A stretch of 63,971 bases of DNA, filler included, from Reticulomyxa filosa (taxonomy: Eukaryota; Protista; Foraminifera): the NCBI GenBank assembly GCA_000512085.1. It is 22 parts of 22 records of this genome, joined end to end, with 100 filler letters (N's around TTAATTAATTAA, not from the genome) between each part and the next. Parts side by side here need not be neighbours in the genome. Positions count along the whole stretch, not along the records: positions 1 to 3,274 come from ASPP01021515.1; positions 3,375 to 6,696 come from ASPP01046343.1; positions 6,797 to 8,768 come from ASPP01015199.1; positions 8,869 to 10,133 come from ASPP01037213.1; positions 10,234 to 11,671 come from ASPP01034754.1; positions 11,772 to 15,589 come from ASPP01008873.1; 16 more parts are not named here. One strand, 5' to 3'. The notes under the pieces were generated by a model. That model was not told where the DNA came from and did no database searches. It worked only from the letters and a program-made list of their open reading frames with translations. The position numbers and the translations under genes were made by a program. Positions within the stretch are counted from its first letter, which is position 1. Each line of letters begins with the position of its first letter. Shown here piece after piece: positions 1-12,926 of this stretch.

Positions 1-1071
1 CAATATACAGCAAAGTGAAAAAGAAATTTATTTAAATTGAAAATGACATTAACCAGCGACCAAAGTATTGAGATCTGATGTGTCAAGTAATGTATGTTTA
101 ATATACTTTATATTTCTGTATCTGATGTGCTAATGTAAGAAGATATCTCACATTTGATTAATATATACAAAATAGCATCAAGAAGTGAATAAACATCGTC
201 CTTTCTCCAACCAAAATTGCTGCCGACACAAGCAGAAGCGAGATGCACTTCTTCAATCAAGTGAAATAAGCCGCTGATGACAATGCAGACATGCTTCATA
301 TCAAGCTATTACAATCGAATGAAAACTGATTATGCGTCATTCGTTTGTAAAGAATGCAGCGACAAGTTATTGATCAAAAAAGAAAAGTAGTTGCGGTATA
401 TGAAAAGCTCAAAGAAAATGTTGTTGCGTGAAAATATCGCTTTTTTGGCTAATGGAAAATTCAAATAAGTTTGATAATTGAAATGTAGAAAAAAACTTGT
501 TTGGAGTGAGTGGTTTCACAACTCCTTTTTGCATCATTTAATTAAATTTTATTAATTCCAATTCACTGATACATCCAAATATTCTGCTATGTCAAGTCCT
601 ACTTCAAATTTTTATGGTTAAAATGAGTGAACTTGTTATATTCAATTATTGACTCTAAACTTTGTAATTTTTGAAAGAAAAATGGACTCTTCTCACCCAA
701 ACTTTTTGTCTTGTATCTTAACGTTTTTGATAAATGCTATCAAAAATCATAGTATTTTAACAAATAGCCATTCATGAAAACTGTCATACTTTTATTGCTT
801 TTTCTCTAAAGGTATTTTATTATTCAAGGATTCAGAAGTACTAACAAATCTTGCAATACTTCAATATGGAATTGATTCTTTTTTTTCAAATAAAAATACA
901 AAAATATTGAACTCTTTTCAGTTTTTATCATGTGAAATGACCAAAATATAAAAGCAAAGAGAAATTGAAAAAAGGTTTTATTCTTCGAGGAGAAAGTAAA
1001 GACATGGAATGACTCCACAATTGACAGTACTCCCATTGTCTGAGTTGTCGTGAGAATCAAAGAACTGAAAC

Positions 1072-2472
1072 TCAATTTTGGATAGTTGATGAACATCTCA
1101 ATGTGCGATTCGTCGAACCCAGAGTGATTTGCACTTCGGTAATTCTACTCATATTCTTCAGGTCAATAAGTCCGCGCTCGTCAGTTACGCAGTCGAGCGA
1201 GACGTTGTTGGACAACAAGTCGTGTTTTAACTGCAATGTGCACTTGACTTTTTGCAACGGCTCGCCATTTTTGCCGCAAACCATGATTTGATAATGATGG
1301 TCTTTTTTATCCACGGCCAAGGGAATGAAATGAGCACAGGCGATTTCAAAAGATTGGTCCATTTGATTGAGTTCATATGTCCTCGATTTGGATACGTTTT
1401 CTAAGGTGCCATTGGTTTTCCGAATTTGCGTGCGGAAGATTAATTCAATACGTTTGCACTCGCTGGGCATGACAAATTTGACGATGCAATCTCTGGCATC
1501 GCTTATTTCCAAATTGTTGAACGAGCGATTGATCTTGACATTGTCTCCAGCCGAAGTATGCATGGATACGTCCAAAGTGGAATTGGTCAACAAGTGTTCG
1601 ATAGACGTGGCAACGCCATTGGCCAGCAATACGCATCGAATCCAAACATGACATACATTCTTGTCCAGCATTTGCTCGCGTTCCATCCAAAGCTCCGGGT
1701 TCAATTCATAGTGTTCGCCAATGTATTCAAACTCGCCTAACACGCTACAATCTTCACTCCATGCTTTGTTGTACAGTATAATCTTTTTCGACTTTGATCC
1801 AGGATTAGTGTCAAACGGAATGGCAATTTCGCCACTGCTGTCTTTGCTTTCGTATCGTATTCCATTCAATAACACACCGCCTTTTTCGATTACATTTTGC
1901 TCTTCGTCATACAAGATGAGCACGTGTCCACCACTCGCTCTTCGCTCCACAAATTTGATGTCTCCCTTTCGGATCAATGCTCGACAGTGCTTTCCATTGC
2001 CGATGCAGTCCACAAAAAATAGTCCCCTTTCGTTCTTCAATGTGTCGATCAAATCAATCTCAATGTGCTGGATCGCGTAAGGACTCTTGTCTTGTTCCAC
2101 CACGATCTCTTTGTCCACAAACGAGCTTTTCAAACCTTCCAAGTTTAAGTCGCTCGCAATTTCGGACAAATGCTTCTTCAAATAGTTCATGCTATTCATT
2201 CGATACACTTTCACCAACACGTGCTTCACATTCTTCGATCGCAGCTTCAGCTTCACTCCATCCTTCACTCTCACATGTGTCGGGTTCGACTTCTCAAACT
2301 CCAGGACTATCTCCTCTCGCATGCGCTTTAAATACCCGTCGCCTTTTATCTCCGACAGCACATGGTATGCCACATTCGTTGTGTCTTCATGTCCACGGTT
2401 CAGCTCATATTCTGCCTGCATTGCCCGTAACGTTTCTTTGTCGATGTACGGACGTAGCATTTCAACTATTGC
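1072..2472 (-). CDS. Internal exon of a large uncharacterised beta-rich protein, resembling large hypothetical proteins of Planctomycetes/myxobacteria and ciliates
   Basis: Long open frame (ORF 1072..2508) with higher GC than its flanks and an AG acceptor at 2473. Motifs KNVKHVLVKVY..N..NY, DLNLEGL, RGLFFVDCIGNGKHCRALIRKG and GEIAIPFDTNPG were recognised from memory. Confidence 0.6.
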   Translation of the reverse strand, partial: AIVEMLRPYIDKETLRAMQAEYELNRGHEDTTNVAYHVLSEIKGDGYLKRMREEIVLEFEKSNPTHVRVKDGVKLKLRSKNVKHVLVKVYRMNSMNYLKKHLSEIASDLNLEGLKSSFVDKEIVVEQDKSPYAIQHIEIDLIDTLKNERGLFFVDCIGNGKHCRALIRKGDIKFVERRASGGHVLILYDEEQNVIEKGGVLLNGIRYESKDSSGEIAIPFDTNPGSKSKKIILYNKAWSEDCSVLGEFEYIGEHYELNPELWMEREQMLDKNVCHVWIRCVLLANGVATSIEHLLTNSTLDVSMHTSAGDNVKINRSFNNLEISDARDCIVKFVMPSECKRIELIFRTQIRKTNGTLENVSKSRTYELNQMDQSFEIACAHFIPLAVDKKDHHYQIMVCGKNGEPLQKVKCTLQLKHDLLSNNVSLDCVTDERGLIDLKNMSRITEVQITLGSTNRTLRCSSTIQN

Positions 2473-2577
2473 CTTTACACATACACAGCATTTGTAGAAG
2501 TAATGCACATATACACGTATAAATATCTACATATATTTATAAATATGTAGACATTGATTTATATATCCTGTGCTAAC

Positions 2578-3260
2578 TTTGGATCCTGACTCAATAAAAT
2601 TAATCTTTTTATTATGCTTTTCTTCTGATTTGCGTTTAGGTATGGGTTTTGAATTAATCATTTGCTCTGGTTTTGATTCATAGCTCGATTCATCATCTTT
2701 CTCTTCCTCATCATTAGCATAATTATCATTATCTTTCTCATTAGCATAATTATCATTCTCTTCCTCATTAGCATAATTATCATTCTCTTCCTCATCATTA
2801 TTATAGTTATCCTCTTCAAATTCGTTGTACTCTGTCATTTCATCTGTTTCCATTTCGTTTGCTATTATCATTTCCTTATTTTCTTTTTCCTGATATCTTT
2901 TTTGCTGTCGTTGCTCTTGAAAGCGATTATTCGATGGTTTGTTTTGCTGTTGATTTCTTTGTTGATTTCTTTGTCGATTTCTTTGTCGATTTCTTTGTCG
3001 ATTTCTTCTCTGGTCACGTCTATCTTCTTTCATGTATGCTTCATACTGTTCCTCTAACACTTTCAGTCGTTCCTTTTTTTTTTTTTTTTTTTTGTGTACG
3101 TTTCATTTGTCTGTGTTGTGCACTCCTGCAAAAGTACAAATACAAACCGCCACCATATATGTATATGCATATATAAATTTTTAATTACAACAAACCTGAT
3201 CTTCGTTGATTTTCTTCAATAAATCACTTGGAAGGCCTTCATGCATTTTGTCAGGATTCT
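2578..3260 (-). CDS. Low-complexity (R/Q/N then E/D/N-rich) exons of a hypothetical protein
   Basis: ORF 2527..3060 plus a short upstream exon (KNPDKMHEGLPSDLLKKINEDQ|GT near 3196). GT donor at 2577. Confidence 0.5.
2701..3010. repeat. Coding tandem repeats: ~27-nt units (NDNYANEEE) and 12-nt units (RNRQ/RNQQ)
   Basis: Repeated tcattagcataattatcatt at 2711-2784 and ttgtcgatttct at ~2950-3006. Confidence 0.85.
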
Positions 3261-3274
3261 TTTTTTTTTTTTTT

Positions 3275-3374
3275 NNNNNNNNNNNNNNNNNNNNNNNNNN
3301 NNNNNNNNNNNNNNNNNNTTAATTAATTAANNNNNNNNNNNNNNNNNNNNNNNNNNNNNNNNNNNNNNNNNNNN
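3275..3374. other. Artificial contig spacer N44-TTAATTAATTAA-N44, the first of 21. The others start at 6697, 8769, 10134, 11672, 15590, 18201, 19555, 20749, 35057, 37067, 39318, 41137, 46217, 48181, 50300, 52690, 54215, 59043, 61530 and 62635.
   Basis: Identical 100-nt structure each time. The core places stops in all six frames, and genes are cut off at the spacers. Confidence 0.99.
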
Positions 3375-3599
3375 TTTTTTTTTTTTTTTTTTGGTTTGAT
3401 ATTGCAAATATGGAGGTAGATAAACAACAATAAAAAACAGAGTGCCACCAATCTAAATGGCACTACACCATATTCCATAAACGTACTCAATGCAGCCATG
3501 TATGGCGAAGATTGTTGGAATTTTTAGAGAAATATTAAGAGTGCACACAGTTTTTAATTTTATTTTTATTTTTTTTTTAAAAAGAAATTTTTTTTTGTT

Positions 3600-4290
3600 T
3601 GCCACATTTCTTCAGAAATGCTATCCCTCACAGCGCTTGTTATTGCACTGTTGGCTCAGATATGCTGGTGATTGGCGTGTTTTATGTAAGCATGTTCAAG
3701 ATCGGCCAATTATCATTTGCGGAAGAATGCCCTTATTTGGAGTCAATGCACAGTTCTCTAATAACAAGTTTTGGCACCAACTCTTCAACTTGTGCAATTA
3801 CTCGTACTGCGGCAATCAAGTTGTCACCTGCAGACTCCTGCCTAAGTATTCTCCTCATCGCTACAACGCTGTATAAGTCCATTCTATTCATTCACAGACA
3901 CTTGTGTATTGCAAAAGGACCAATCTTGTCAGATATCGCATTTTTTTGCAACACATACATACACAAACGAAAAACAGCAAACAAAACGATGGGAAATGTC
4001 GATTAACACGCTGCCATATGACATGAACAAAGCAAGATCGAAACAATGGATAATTGAGCAAGCAAAGATATCCGACAAACAATTGTGCAAAGCTTTGTAA
4101 GTCAAAGTGTTCAAATTCGTTCGCAATCCTCCAGAGATCATTTCCTACGAAAACGAAAGGCAGGACATCAGCGGCAGCTTTTTTCCCTCTACGAAAAAGA
4201 TGTGCTCTCTACTGTTCGCTACTTGCGGCATTTGCAAACCACCAAAGCTTTGCCGTCTTTCTTTCTTCATATGCAATTTGAAATGGCTAA
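3600..4290 (-). pseudogene. Decayed coding sequence of unknown family
   Basis: Protein-like minus-strand frames (PFQIAYEERKTAKLWWFANAASSEQ*RAHLFRRG...; DKIGPFAIHKCL*MNRMDLY...) broken by several in-frame stops. Confidence 0.4.
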
Positions 4291-5223
4291 GTATCCTGAC
4301 AAAATACATGTTATTTTTTTTGTCTTGTTTTTTTTTTTGCTATTGAATAGCTTTTGAAGCAATTGCATCAGTCCATTACCAACAAATATGGTGATGATGA
4401 GATCGATGAATTACTGATTGAATTGGGCCAATATCGGTCAGTAGTGCATACATAATATATATGTATGTATATATTTGTATATTATGTTATACGTTTCTTC
4501 ATTATGATAATCTGTTAACATCAATAATGCATTGTAAAAATGGTCCTCATGCACCACTTGACACAACTTTGGAGTCAGGATGCTTTAGTTCTTGCTTAAC
4601 TCAAACAAAAATGATTCACATGGAAGATGATAAAAACAAAAAGTCAATAAAAACTTGAAACATATTATCATCCCGTTTGCTCAGTGTTTCAAGATTGGAA
4701 AATTTTGAAATTGACATGGTGAAATATATCAATCATCATCACAATGCATGTATTAAAGCCTTTGAAGAAAATGAAAAAAACTCGATGAGCTGCTCTATCA
4801 ATTGTCACTACACAGAAGAAAACATTTGCTCTCTTATATTAATTGCGACATGGAAACGTCAAAAACACATCAAATACGAGCGGGGATGACAGCATTATTA
4901 GTTCTCAAACATTGGGATTTGCAAATTGAAATATTATTGTTTGGCTATACTGTAAACGCATATGAATATGATTGGAATAGAACTGATGTTGATGCACAAT
5001 ACACCTATTTGTTAAAATTTGAGCACCCAGTTATCAAAAAGCAAACAACTTCTCACTGTCCAATGCATGCAATGTTTTAATTGCAATTTTGACTTTTAGA
5101 TTTGAAAAGAAATTTTTTAGATAAATATAATTGGATTGAAGATGTCAGGTGAGCTGGAGAATGGCATTGCAATTATTTAAAAAAAAATCAAAAGAAATCA
5201 CAATTAGGACAAAAACAAACAAA

Positions 5224-6040
5224 ATTTGAGCAAGTATCAAACACTTGCAATCAAATATACTACCAATTTTGGCATTGTTAACTTCACTTTATCTTTGCTC
5301 GTAACCACAACAGTCACTTTCCAATTGCTCGACATGTAGCCTATGTTATATATGTGTGTATTCATCACAAGTGTTTCAAATGTTTTCCAATCACATTATA
5401 AAAAAAATACTATAACTTGGAACATTTGTTGCGCAGTCATCACTTCGATCAATTATGAGCACATTACAAAGATATTGTTTGGCTTGAGTATCGTAAAAAC
5501 TAATCCACCAAATTGGAGCCACTGCAACATCAGGAGAATGGCTCCATGTGAAAGTGGCTTATTCAATCGCAATGTGTTATTGTTTCACATAATCTTTTTT
5601 TTTACATTTCTTCGATTAATCTAGTTGCTGCTGCTGTGATGATACCATAATGTCGATATCGTTTTGCTTTGTTTTTTGTGTGGCATTTTCACGTCTTTCT
5701 TTCTGGACCTTGATGCTGCCCGACTACGAATAAAAGCAACTTTTTCCAATCAAAAAAAATTTGAGGCAGGTATTAAATACTTGCGATCAAATATGCCATA
5801 AATTTGGCATTGTTTGTATTTCGTTTCACTCTTGCTTGGCATCACAACAACAACTGAGACTTTCCAATTTCTTGATGGACAGATATTATACGCTTTGAAG
5901 ACCTATGTTATATACATGTGTATTGTCATACGTATTTCAATCACATTACAAAAAAACATTATAACTTGGAAATTGGTTGCGCATTCACGATAATAACCAG
6001 CTCACTACTTCAATTCATCATGAGCCACATAACACGATAT
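5224..6040. repeat. Degenerate direct duplication (~5224-5475 vs ~5760-6040)
   Basis: Collinear shared blocks acttgc.atcaaatat, tttggcattgtt, actttccaatt, cctatgttatata, caatcacatta.aaaaaaa and tataacttggaa. Confidence 0.75.
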
Positions 6041-8868
6041 GGACCTCCAATTTTTTATTTCAAAACATAATGACATGATCCATATTTGATACACGCTATC
6101 ATTCATAGAAATTTGTTCAATGATGAACAAGTATATTTATTGGAGAAATGATAATTGCGTACGTTATAGTGCAGCTTCCATGATTTCAACAGCAACAATT
6201 TGATCATGAGTTTCAAGTTTTACTTTCATTTACTGCAGCAATCGATATTGCTGTGGCTGCTGTTATAATTGCCATTATCGCTGGGAACTTGCTATATCAC
6301 CAATGACAATGTAAATAGCAAAAACATGTCCACTCGCATTCCAAAACTTTGTTGATACGCCTTGGAATATCTATTACAATATTTCAAGTAACAAATATCA
6401 CATACATAAAAATAAATAACCAATATACGTATAAAGATATTATGTTGCTATTAGTTATTGAATATGTACATATAAAAAACTTTTTTAAGCAATGGGCCCA
6501 AATACAAGGTAACATGAACCTGGAACAAGTGCACATAAATGATCAATCGAATAGTTTAAAAAACTTCATTTGGTGGACTCAATATATGAAATTAGTCCAT
6601 GCATAAGATTGCGCAAGGCCTCCACTCGAGGGTGTGAATAGCCCACTTTATAACTAAAGTAAGTTGACGGATGGTCTTTTTTAAAAAAAAAAAAAANNNN
6701 NNNNNNNNNNNNNNNNNNNNNNNNNNNNNNNNNNNNNNNNTTAATTAATTAANNNNNNNNNNNNNNNNNNNNNNNNNNNNNNNNNNNNNNNNNNNNTGAG
6801 AATCCCAAGAAGTTACAAATCATTTCTAACAGCCTATCTATTGTTCTTTCCAAAACACCTTAAAAAAAAGTTGGTGGTAAATATCCTTTTCAACCTTGGA
6901 AAGAGAATGAAAAGTATCTTTGAAATCTACGAAAAATGACTAATATTATAAAACATAAAAAATAAAAAATAAATTTGAATTTTTGGACTGTGATAAAAGC
7001 GAGATTGTGTTATGAATATGTGTGAAATAAAGTTTTGTAACAATATAAGCAGCGAGTCTGCTACAAATGTAATAGAGTGTTTTTTTAATGCATCTTGCAC
7101 TTACGCATTTGTTTTTGATTAACAATCGTTACATAGTCACATCACATTAGAATTTATTTTTGCAGACATTTGTTCGACATAACACATGTTTTTTTTAATT
7201 GAAGAGCGAGATATTTTTTGTCTTTGTGGTCGACACCAACAGGATGAAGTGGATAATTAGTGATGCAGTGGTATTTGAATACTGGCAATAAGTCACATTA
7301 ACAAACATGCACACAGTCATTTTAGAATGGTCAAAAAAATCTATTAACTCTAGATATTTTTATTATATTTTTTTTAAAAAGCAATCATAAATTTATAGTT
7401 AAGTATAAATGTAATGCAAAAGAAAAAAAGATAACGTAGCTGCGATGTATGCTAAGATGCCAATTAATCTGTAAATCACATCAATATTATTTTAAGTTGT
7501 TGAGTTGAACGATGACTACAATATCAATATAAAAACAATGACTAAATAGATATTTTGCATGTATTTATGTTTAATGAATGTAAAAGAAAATATATTATTA
7601 TCAAAGCTCTAAAACGTAATCAAACCAATGATCCATATTTGTGTACGTATTGCAGCAAGTTAATTTTTTTTTCTTTAAAGATACATGTATATTCATAATA
7701 TAGAGAAAAAATTTGAATGTAGTCAATGCAACAAATGATTCAAAACAAATATTGTGTAATTTTGTTTTATTGCAATTGGTGATTAAAATTTTTTGGTTTT
7801 TTTCTATTTAACTTCAACATAGAAATTTTCTTTGATTTGAGATTGTATTTGGAATGATTTAGTAGTTAAAATGCAATTTCTATTTTTATGCTAAATTGAT
7901 TTTCAATTCGTATTTCGTTATAAATGTTACTTTGATTATTATCATGTTGATTTAAATCAACCAAATCGTGTGAAATTTGTAGTTCAATATATGTTACATT
8001 TGCTAATCGAATACTTTAACAGAAAAACAACTTACTATTTTATGTATTTAAAAAAAATAAAATATGTTAACGTTAACAACTCGTACAAAATCCAATTCAA
8101 AAGCAAAAGCAGATTGAATCACAACAGTATTGAATCGACCTGGTTAAAAAAAGAAAATACATATTGAATCAAACTTAAATTTATTGTTTTCGTTCGCTTG
8201 TATGAAGTTGATATTTGTCATTACTTGCATGAATGAATCGTTCAGTTGTATCAATTTTCATTACTTTTTATGTTTCTTTCAATTTTTGATTAATGAATCT
8301 ATTTCATTTAAGATTTTATAACATATAGTTCATGTTGTTTCTTATGTTATATATTGCTTCTTCATGGAAAAAATTTACTATTTTTATAAAATGCAATTTT
8401 AGTCAACTTTCTTTTACATTATATTGTATAATATAACATTTTACTATGATTATACAAAATTTCAAATATGTAAAATCTTATTATAAACTATACTTGATTT
8501 TTTTTTCATATTAATTAATTAAGATTATAACGTATAGTCATAACAATTTGTATATAATGTCATTGTGAGAAAATAAAATTCAGGATCCAAGTATCCTATT
8601 ATTTATCGAATCCTTAAAATTAATTTATATATATATGTATATATAATTAAATTTTTCTTTATTATTTGCAGAAAACTAAATTTGAACATTCAAGAATATA
8701 TTATTTTTAAAATATTTAAAATCTATTATATAAAAGTGAAATTGATTATACATAAGTTTAAATAGAAANNNNNNNNNNNNNNNNNNNNNNNNNNNNNNNN
8801 NNNNNNNNNNNNTTAATTAATTAANNNNNNNNNNNNNNNNNNNNNNNNNNNNNNNNNNNNNNNNNNNN

Positions 8869-9960
8869 TCAATCGCGAATTTGTGGCCCATTCAAGGTGG
8901 TCGCACCATCATCGTTCCACTACATGGAGCCTTTGATCGAATTGACGAGTGGGGTGCCAATGCTACGATTGGGACATTCAAGGGACATACATCCCAATCG
9001 TCCATCGATCTCAAGTAATTGACAATTTGGCACCAAAACCATATAACGACGATTTGAGTGAAGGCAAGTTTGTAAATATCAAACACTACGACATTATTGG
9101 ATTTGGCAGTCACAGTCTCAGCGACGGCGAAATTAGCAGATTGGACTTGCAGCATTGGTGGTCCAATGAAGGTGATGGGTAAAGAGTATTTCAAATGTCA
9201 GCTTTTTTGGCTATTCGTACTTTTGTTCGCGAAAAGACATTGAAAGAATTGTACACCCACTCCCCTCTCCTGCCCCCTACGGCGAGTCTGCAACAGCTGC
9301 CAATTATCAAAGATCGTGTGAAGCATATTCGACGAACAGACAGGGGGTAATTTAATTCGTTGGAACATATGGAATTTGCCAAAGGGGTATGAGTCGGACT
9401 CGTGTTGGATGAACTTTTCGGTCGATGCTACGAACGGCATAGTCAAGAGCACTCTTCTTACTTTAGGACGCATCCGCATCGAGGCTTTTTTTTTTTTTTT
9501 TTTTGGCGCCATCAAAGCGGCTCATCGAAAACTTAGGTTCGATTATCAACAAATCATTCAACATGACGGACTGGCAAGGTAGTAAAGTACATTGGTCCTG
9601 TGAGCGACGAATCCTGAAATGATTGGTATCAAAATGAACTCATAGATATATTCCAATAAACACAAATGGCAAAAGGTCTTTTTACTGGCTGGCATTTTTA
9701 CAAAACGCTCCGAAATTGTCGAAATCATGAATCATAATAGCAGCTTACTTGGAGCAATTACAAATTCAACTGCAGCGACATAAGCAAATCCTCAGTCTGC
9801 GAAAAAACGTCTTCGACAAAGAATTGCGCTCCGATACATTCTCGATGCAGGCGACAGTGGCAAAATTGAGTATCAGACCATATCGAGTCACGTATACCGA
9901 TCCATGTGATATACTGCCATGTCGTCGACCGCATTTTAGCGTGGTCAATGACCACTGCGG
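8869..9960 (+). pseudogene. Decayed coding sequence of unknown family
   Basis: Exon-like GC content, but only short frame-switching ORFs with in-frame stops (8949..9182, 9376..9582, 9749..10006). Confidence 0.35.
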
Positions 9961-10247
9961 AGGGAAACTAAAAAAAAAAAAAGAGATACTCTCGACAAAC
10001 ATATAAAAAAAAGAAATGATCTAGATGGATGGTAATGGAAAATCAAGAAAAAAATATGAATTGAGTTGTTGGCGACTGGAACATGCACTTTGAATGGTGT
10101 TGATGCACTTGGCAAAGACAATACCAAAAAAAANNNNNNNNNNNNNNNNNNNNNNNNNNNNNNNNNNNNNNNNNNNNTTAATTAATTAANNNNNNNNNNN
10201 NNNNNNNNNNNNNNNNNNNNNNNNNNNNNNNNNTATTGTTGACAAAC

Positions 10248-10547
10248 TTACCCAAATTGTTGTAATATTTCCAACGTTTTTGCACAAGACTCATTCCGCT
10301 CTATTTTGTTCATTATCGTCGTGCGAGATGTGGCTATGTCCAACATATTTTCATGGATAGGGTGCTTCCATTCTTGCTCGTTTTGCTCTAAAAACGACAC
10401 TAAGGTACTGTTTTGCTGCTCTTGGACTATTTCAGCCAGCTTGGAAAGGAAAGATTCTTCATCTCGATAATCATTCCCCCATTTCAGACTTTTTGCTGAC
10501 GCTTTCGCATTGCTATGTGATAATTGCTTTTTTTTTGGATCGGACAT
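10248..10547 (-). CDS. First exon of a hypothetical protein (partial)
   Basis: ATG at 10547 (MSDPKKK...). The frame ends at a canonical GTAAGT donor at the contig edge. Confidence 0.6.
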   Translation of the reverse strand: MSDPKKKQLSHSNAKASAKSLKWGNDYRDEESFLSKLAEIVQEQQNSTLVSFLEQNEQEWKHPIHENMLDIATSRTTIMNKIERNESCAKTLEILQQFG

Positions 10548-10775
10548 TACCTTTGTTCACAAGAGAAAGGAAGCAAAAGTAGGAGTTCCTAGACCTTTAC
10601 TTTCCAAAAAACACTGAAAATCTAAATATTCGATTGTAGTATAAACAACTGGGCGTTTTTAATTTTTTTTCACGTTTGTGTGTAAATTGATTTTTCGAAC
10701 GGCTGAAATCGTGTTGACAAGAGCTAGACGGGACAAAACCAAAGATTGAATTTTTTTTTTTTTTCTGAAAAGATT

Positions 10776-11671
10776 ATGCGACAGCGCTCTGGCAATCCAA
10801 GCGCTGCAAGATCCTTTGAAACCGAATCAATGGCAAAAACCTGGACTCATTTTGGTCAATACAGACAAGCCAGGACTTGTCCAAAAGCATTGGCCTTGCT
10901 TTGCGTTGGTTTCGTGTGGGTTTTTGTTTGGAACGGCGACATATCTAACGTACGCAACGAACCGCAATATACTGAATGATATTCCTTTATGTGACACATG
11001 TCCAAACTTGGCAATGGCATTGGACGACGAGTCGGTCTTGACCTATCAATTGCATCTGTATGCCCCGCACTCGAACGTCGAGGACGTGCACAAAGTGCCG
11101 CTGTTTATGGCGGAGACGCCAAGTGAGAATCAAGTTGAGTTTGAGTTGTATCTCATGTCACGTGGGACGCCGCAAGACACAGCAAGTCGAGTGCAATTCG
11201 AAGTTAGTATTAAACACAAAGCGAACAAAAAAGGATGCAAGTTTCGTCAGGTGTTTTTAAGAAAAATTTTAAAAATTTTGATGACAATGCAAATTTTTTT
11301 TTGCGTTTTTTTTTTTCTCTTTCAGAAAAAAAAAATTTAAAAAATTTTGATGACAACGCAAAATTTTTTTTTTTTTTTTGCGTTTATTTTTTTATTTTTT
11401 TTTAAATGGGATTGTGTATATATGTACGGACAAAAAAAAGCAATCGATCCAAGTAAAGTCGTGCAAAGTTTTTATGGCAACGAATACTTTAATTTCCATG
11501 ATGCGTCTTGTAGCGATGCACTGTTTGCCATTCGACTGGACCAGTTGGCATTGGAAAAGAAGAAGAAGAAGACGCTCACGTCCAAAGACAAAAGCTGTTG
11601 ACATGTGTGAATTGGAAAAGACAATGAGACTCGTGGAAACACTTTCAACTGTTGCTTGTGAATCGATATCC
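10776..11671 (+). CDS. Hypothetical protein with an N-terminal hydrophobic segment (partial, two exons, possible frameshifts)
   Basis: ORF 10816..11340 (HWPCFALVSCGFLFGTATYL), a GT donor near 11203, an AT-rich intron, and a second exon AIDPSKVVQSFYGNEYF. Confidence 0.5.
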
Positions 11672-11771
11672 NNNNNNNNNNNNNNNNNNNNNNNNNNNNN
11701 NNNNNNNNNNNNNNNTTAATTAATTAANNNNNNNNNNNNNNNNNNNNNNNNNNNNNNNNNNNNNNNNNNNN

Positions 11772-11809
<38 letters not shown>

Positions 11810-11817
11810 CGAATGAA

Positions 11818-12926
11818 ATGACATCCATGTTGCTGGATATGATCCAATGGAACTTGAGAAACTTGTTGGAAGATTGGAAACAGTTACGGGGACGCGACGA
11901 ATCTGGCCATGAATGGCTGAAGCTGCTGCACAGGGGTACGTTTCATAGCATGGTGGTCAACACATTGCTACACTTTTCAGAGGACTCTCGGATGAACGAA
12001 CACGGCAGCATGTTCCAACACTCGAAACCCTTGTTCGAATACTTGGTGCGATGGACGACAGAACAAAGTGATTGCAGCAGCCAATTAAAAGACGAACTCG
12101 CCCATATGTTAAAGCAATTCTCATCACCACCACCGCCCACCAAATACATTGCTGGTCCACCTGTCGTTGCTTTTTCATCCACAAATCATGACACACCGCC
12201 TATGATGCGAGCGCAAGAATTGAACTTGGACCGAGTGAACAGAAGACATTCAGAACAATCACCACCACCACAGCCGCGACTATATCCACATCCACAAACA
12301 CAAGAACGAGAACAAGAGCAAACACAGAAACGAGATCCGAAAGATGACGATAGTGACGTTGAAACAAATACGCAAGTCACAAAAAGTGATGAAAGACACG
12401 AAACTGGTTCTACCCCTATGTATGTTGATAACGAAGGATGCGATAACAACAATACTTACCAAGTTAAACAAAAATATACTTTTTTTGTCTGTTTGTTCGT
12501 TCTTAATGGCTCTCACTGCTTATTGTGTAAAATGTTTTGGGACGGGGGGGGGGGGAAAAAAAACAGCAAGGGGTCGTTCTGATGGGAATGGCTCGGCCAG
12601 GGCCAGTGCAATTTCAACGCAAGGAACCCGTTGACGCGACGTGCACATCGCGAAATGGAGAAGATATCGATGATGAAAGAGAAATGCAAACTGCTTTCGA
12701 AGTAAGTGTTGGAGATGGCGAGCCATCATTCTTGCACTCGGAACATCCACACGTTTTGGACTTTGAAAAACGGCTGGAAATGGAAAATGAAAGAATGCTA
12801 CAGCGCTTTTACACACAATACCATGCAACTACGCCAACGACGCAAAAACACGCCTTGGGACCATCTGGTGGAGACGTTTTTCCATACTTTTGTCATAAAC
12901 AGGACGGAGAGGAAATGACAGGCTGA
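11818..12926 (+). CDS. C-terminal part of a hypothetical protein with Pro/Gln-rich low-complexity regions
   Basis: ORFs 11818..12582 and 12537..12926, separated by an AT/poly-G intron-like segment. Confidence 0.6.

Noticed and set aside
6797-8768. Short ORFs in very AT-rich DNA (also 13300-14900, 46317-47800, 50400-51800, 57000-60100)
   Set aside because: No recognisable motifs; composition is F/L/I/K-biased as expected by chance. No tRNA or rRNA was recognised.
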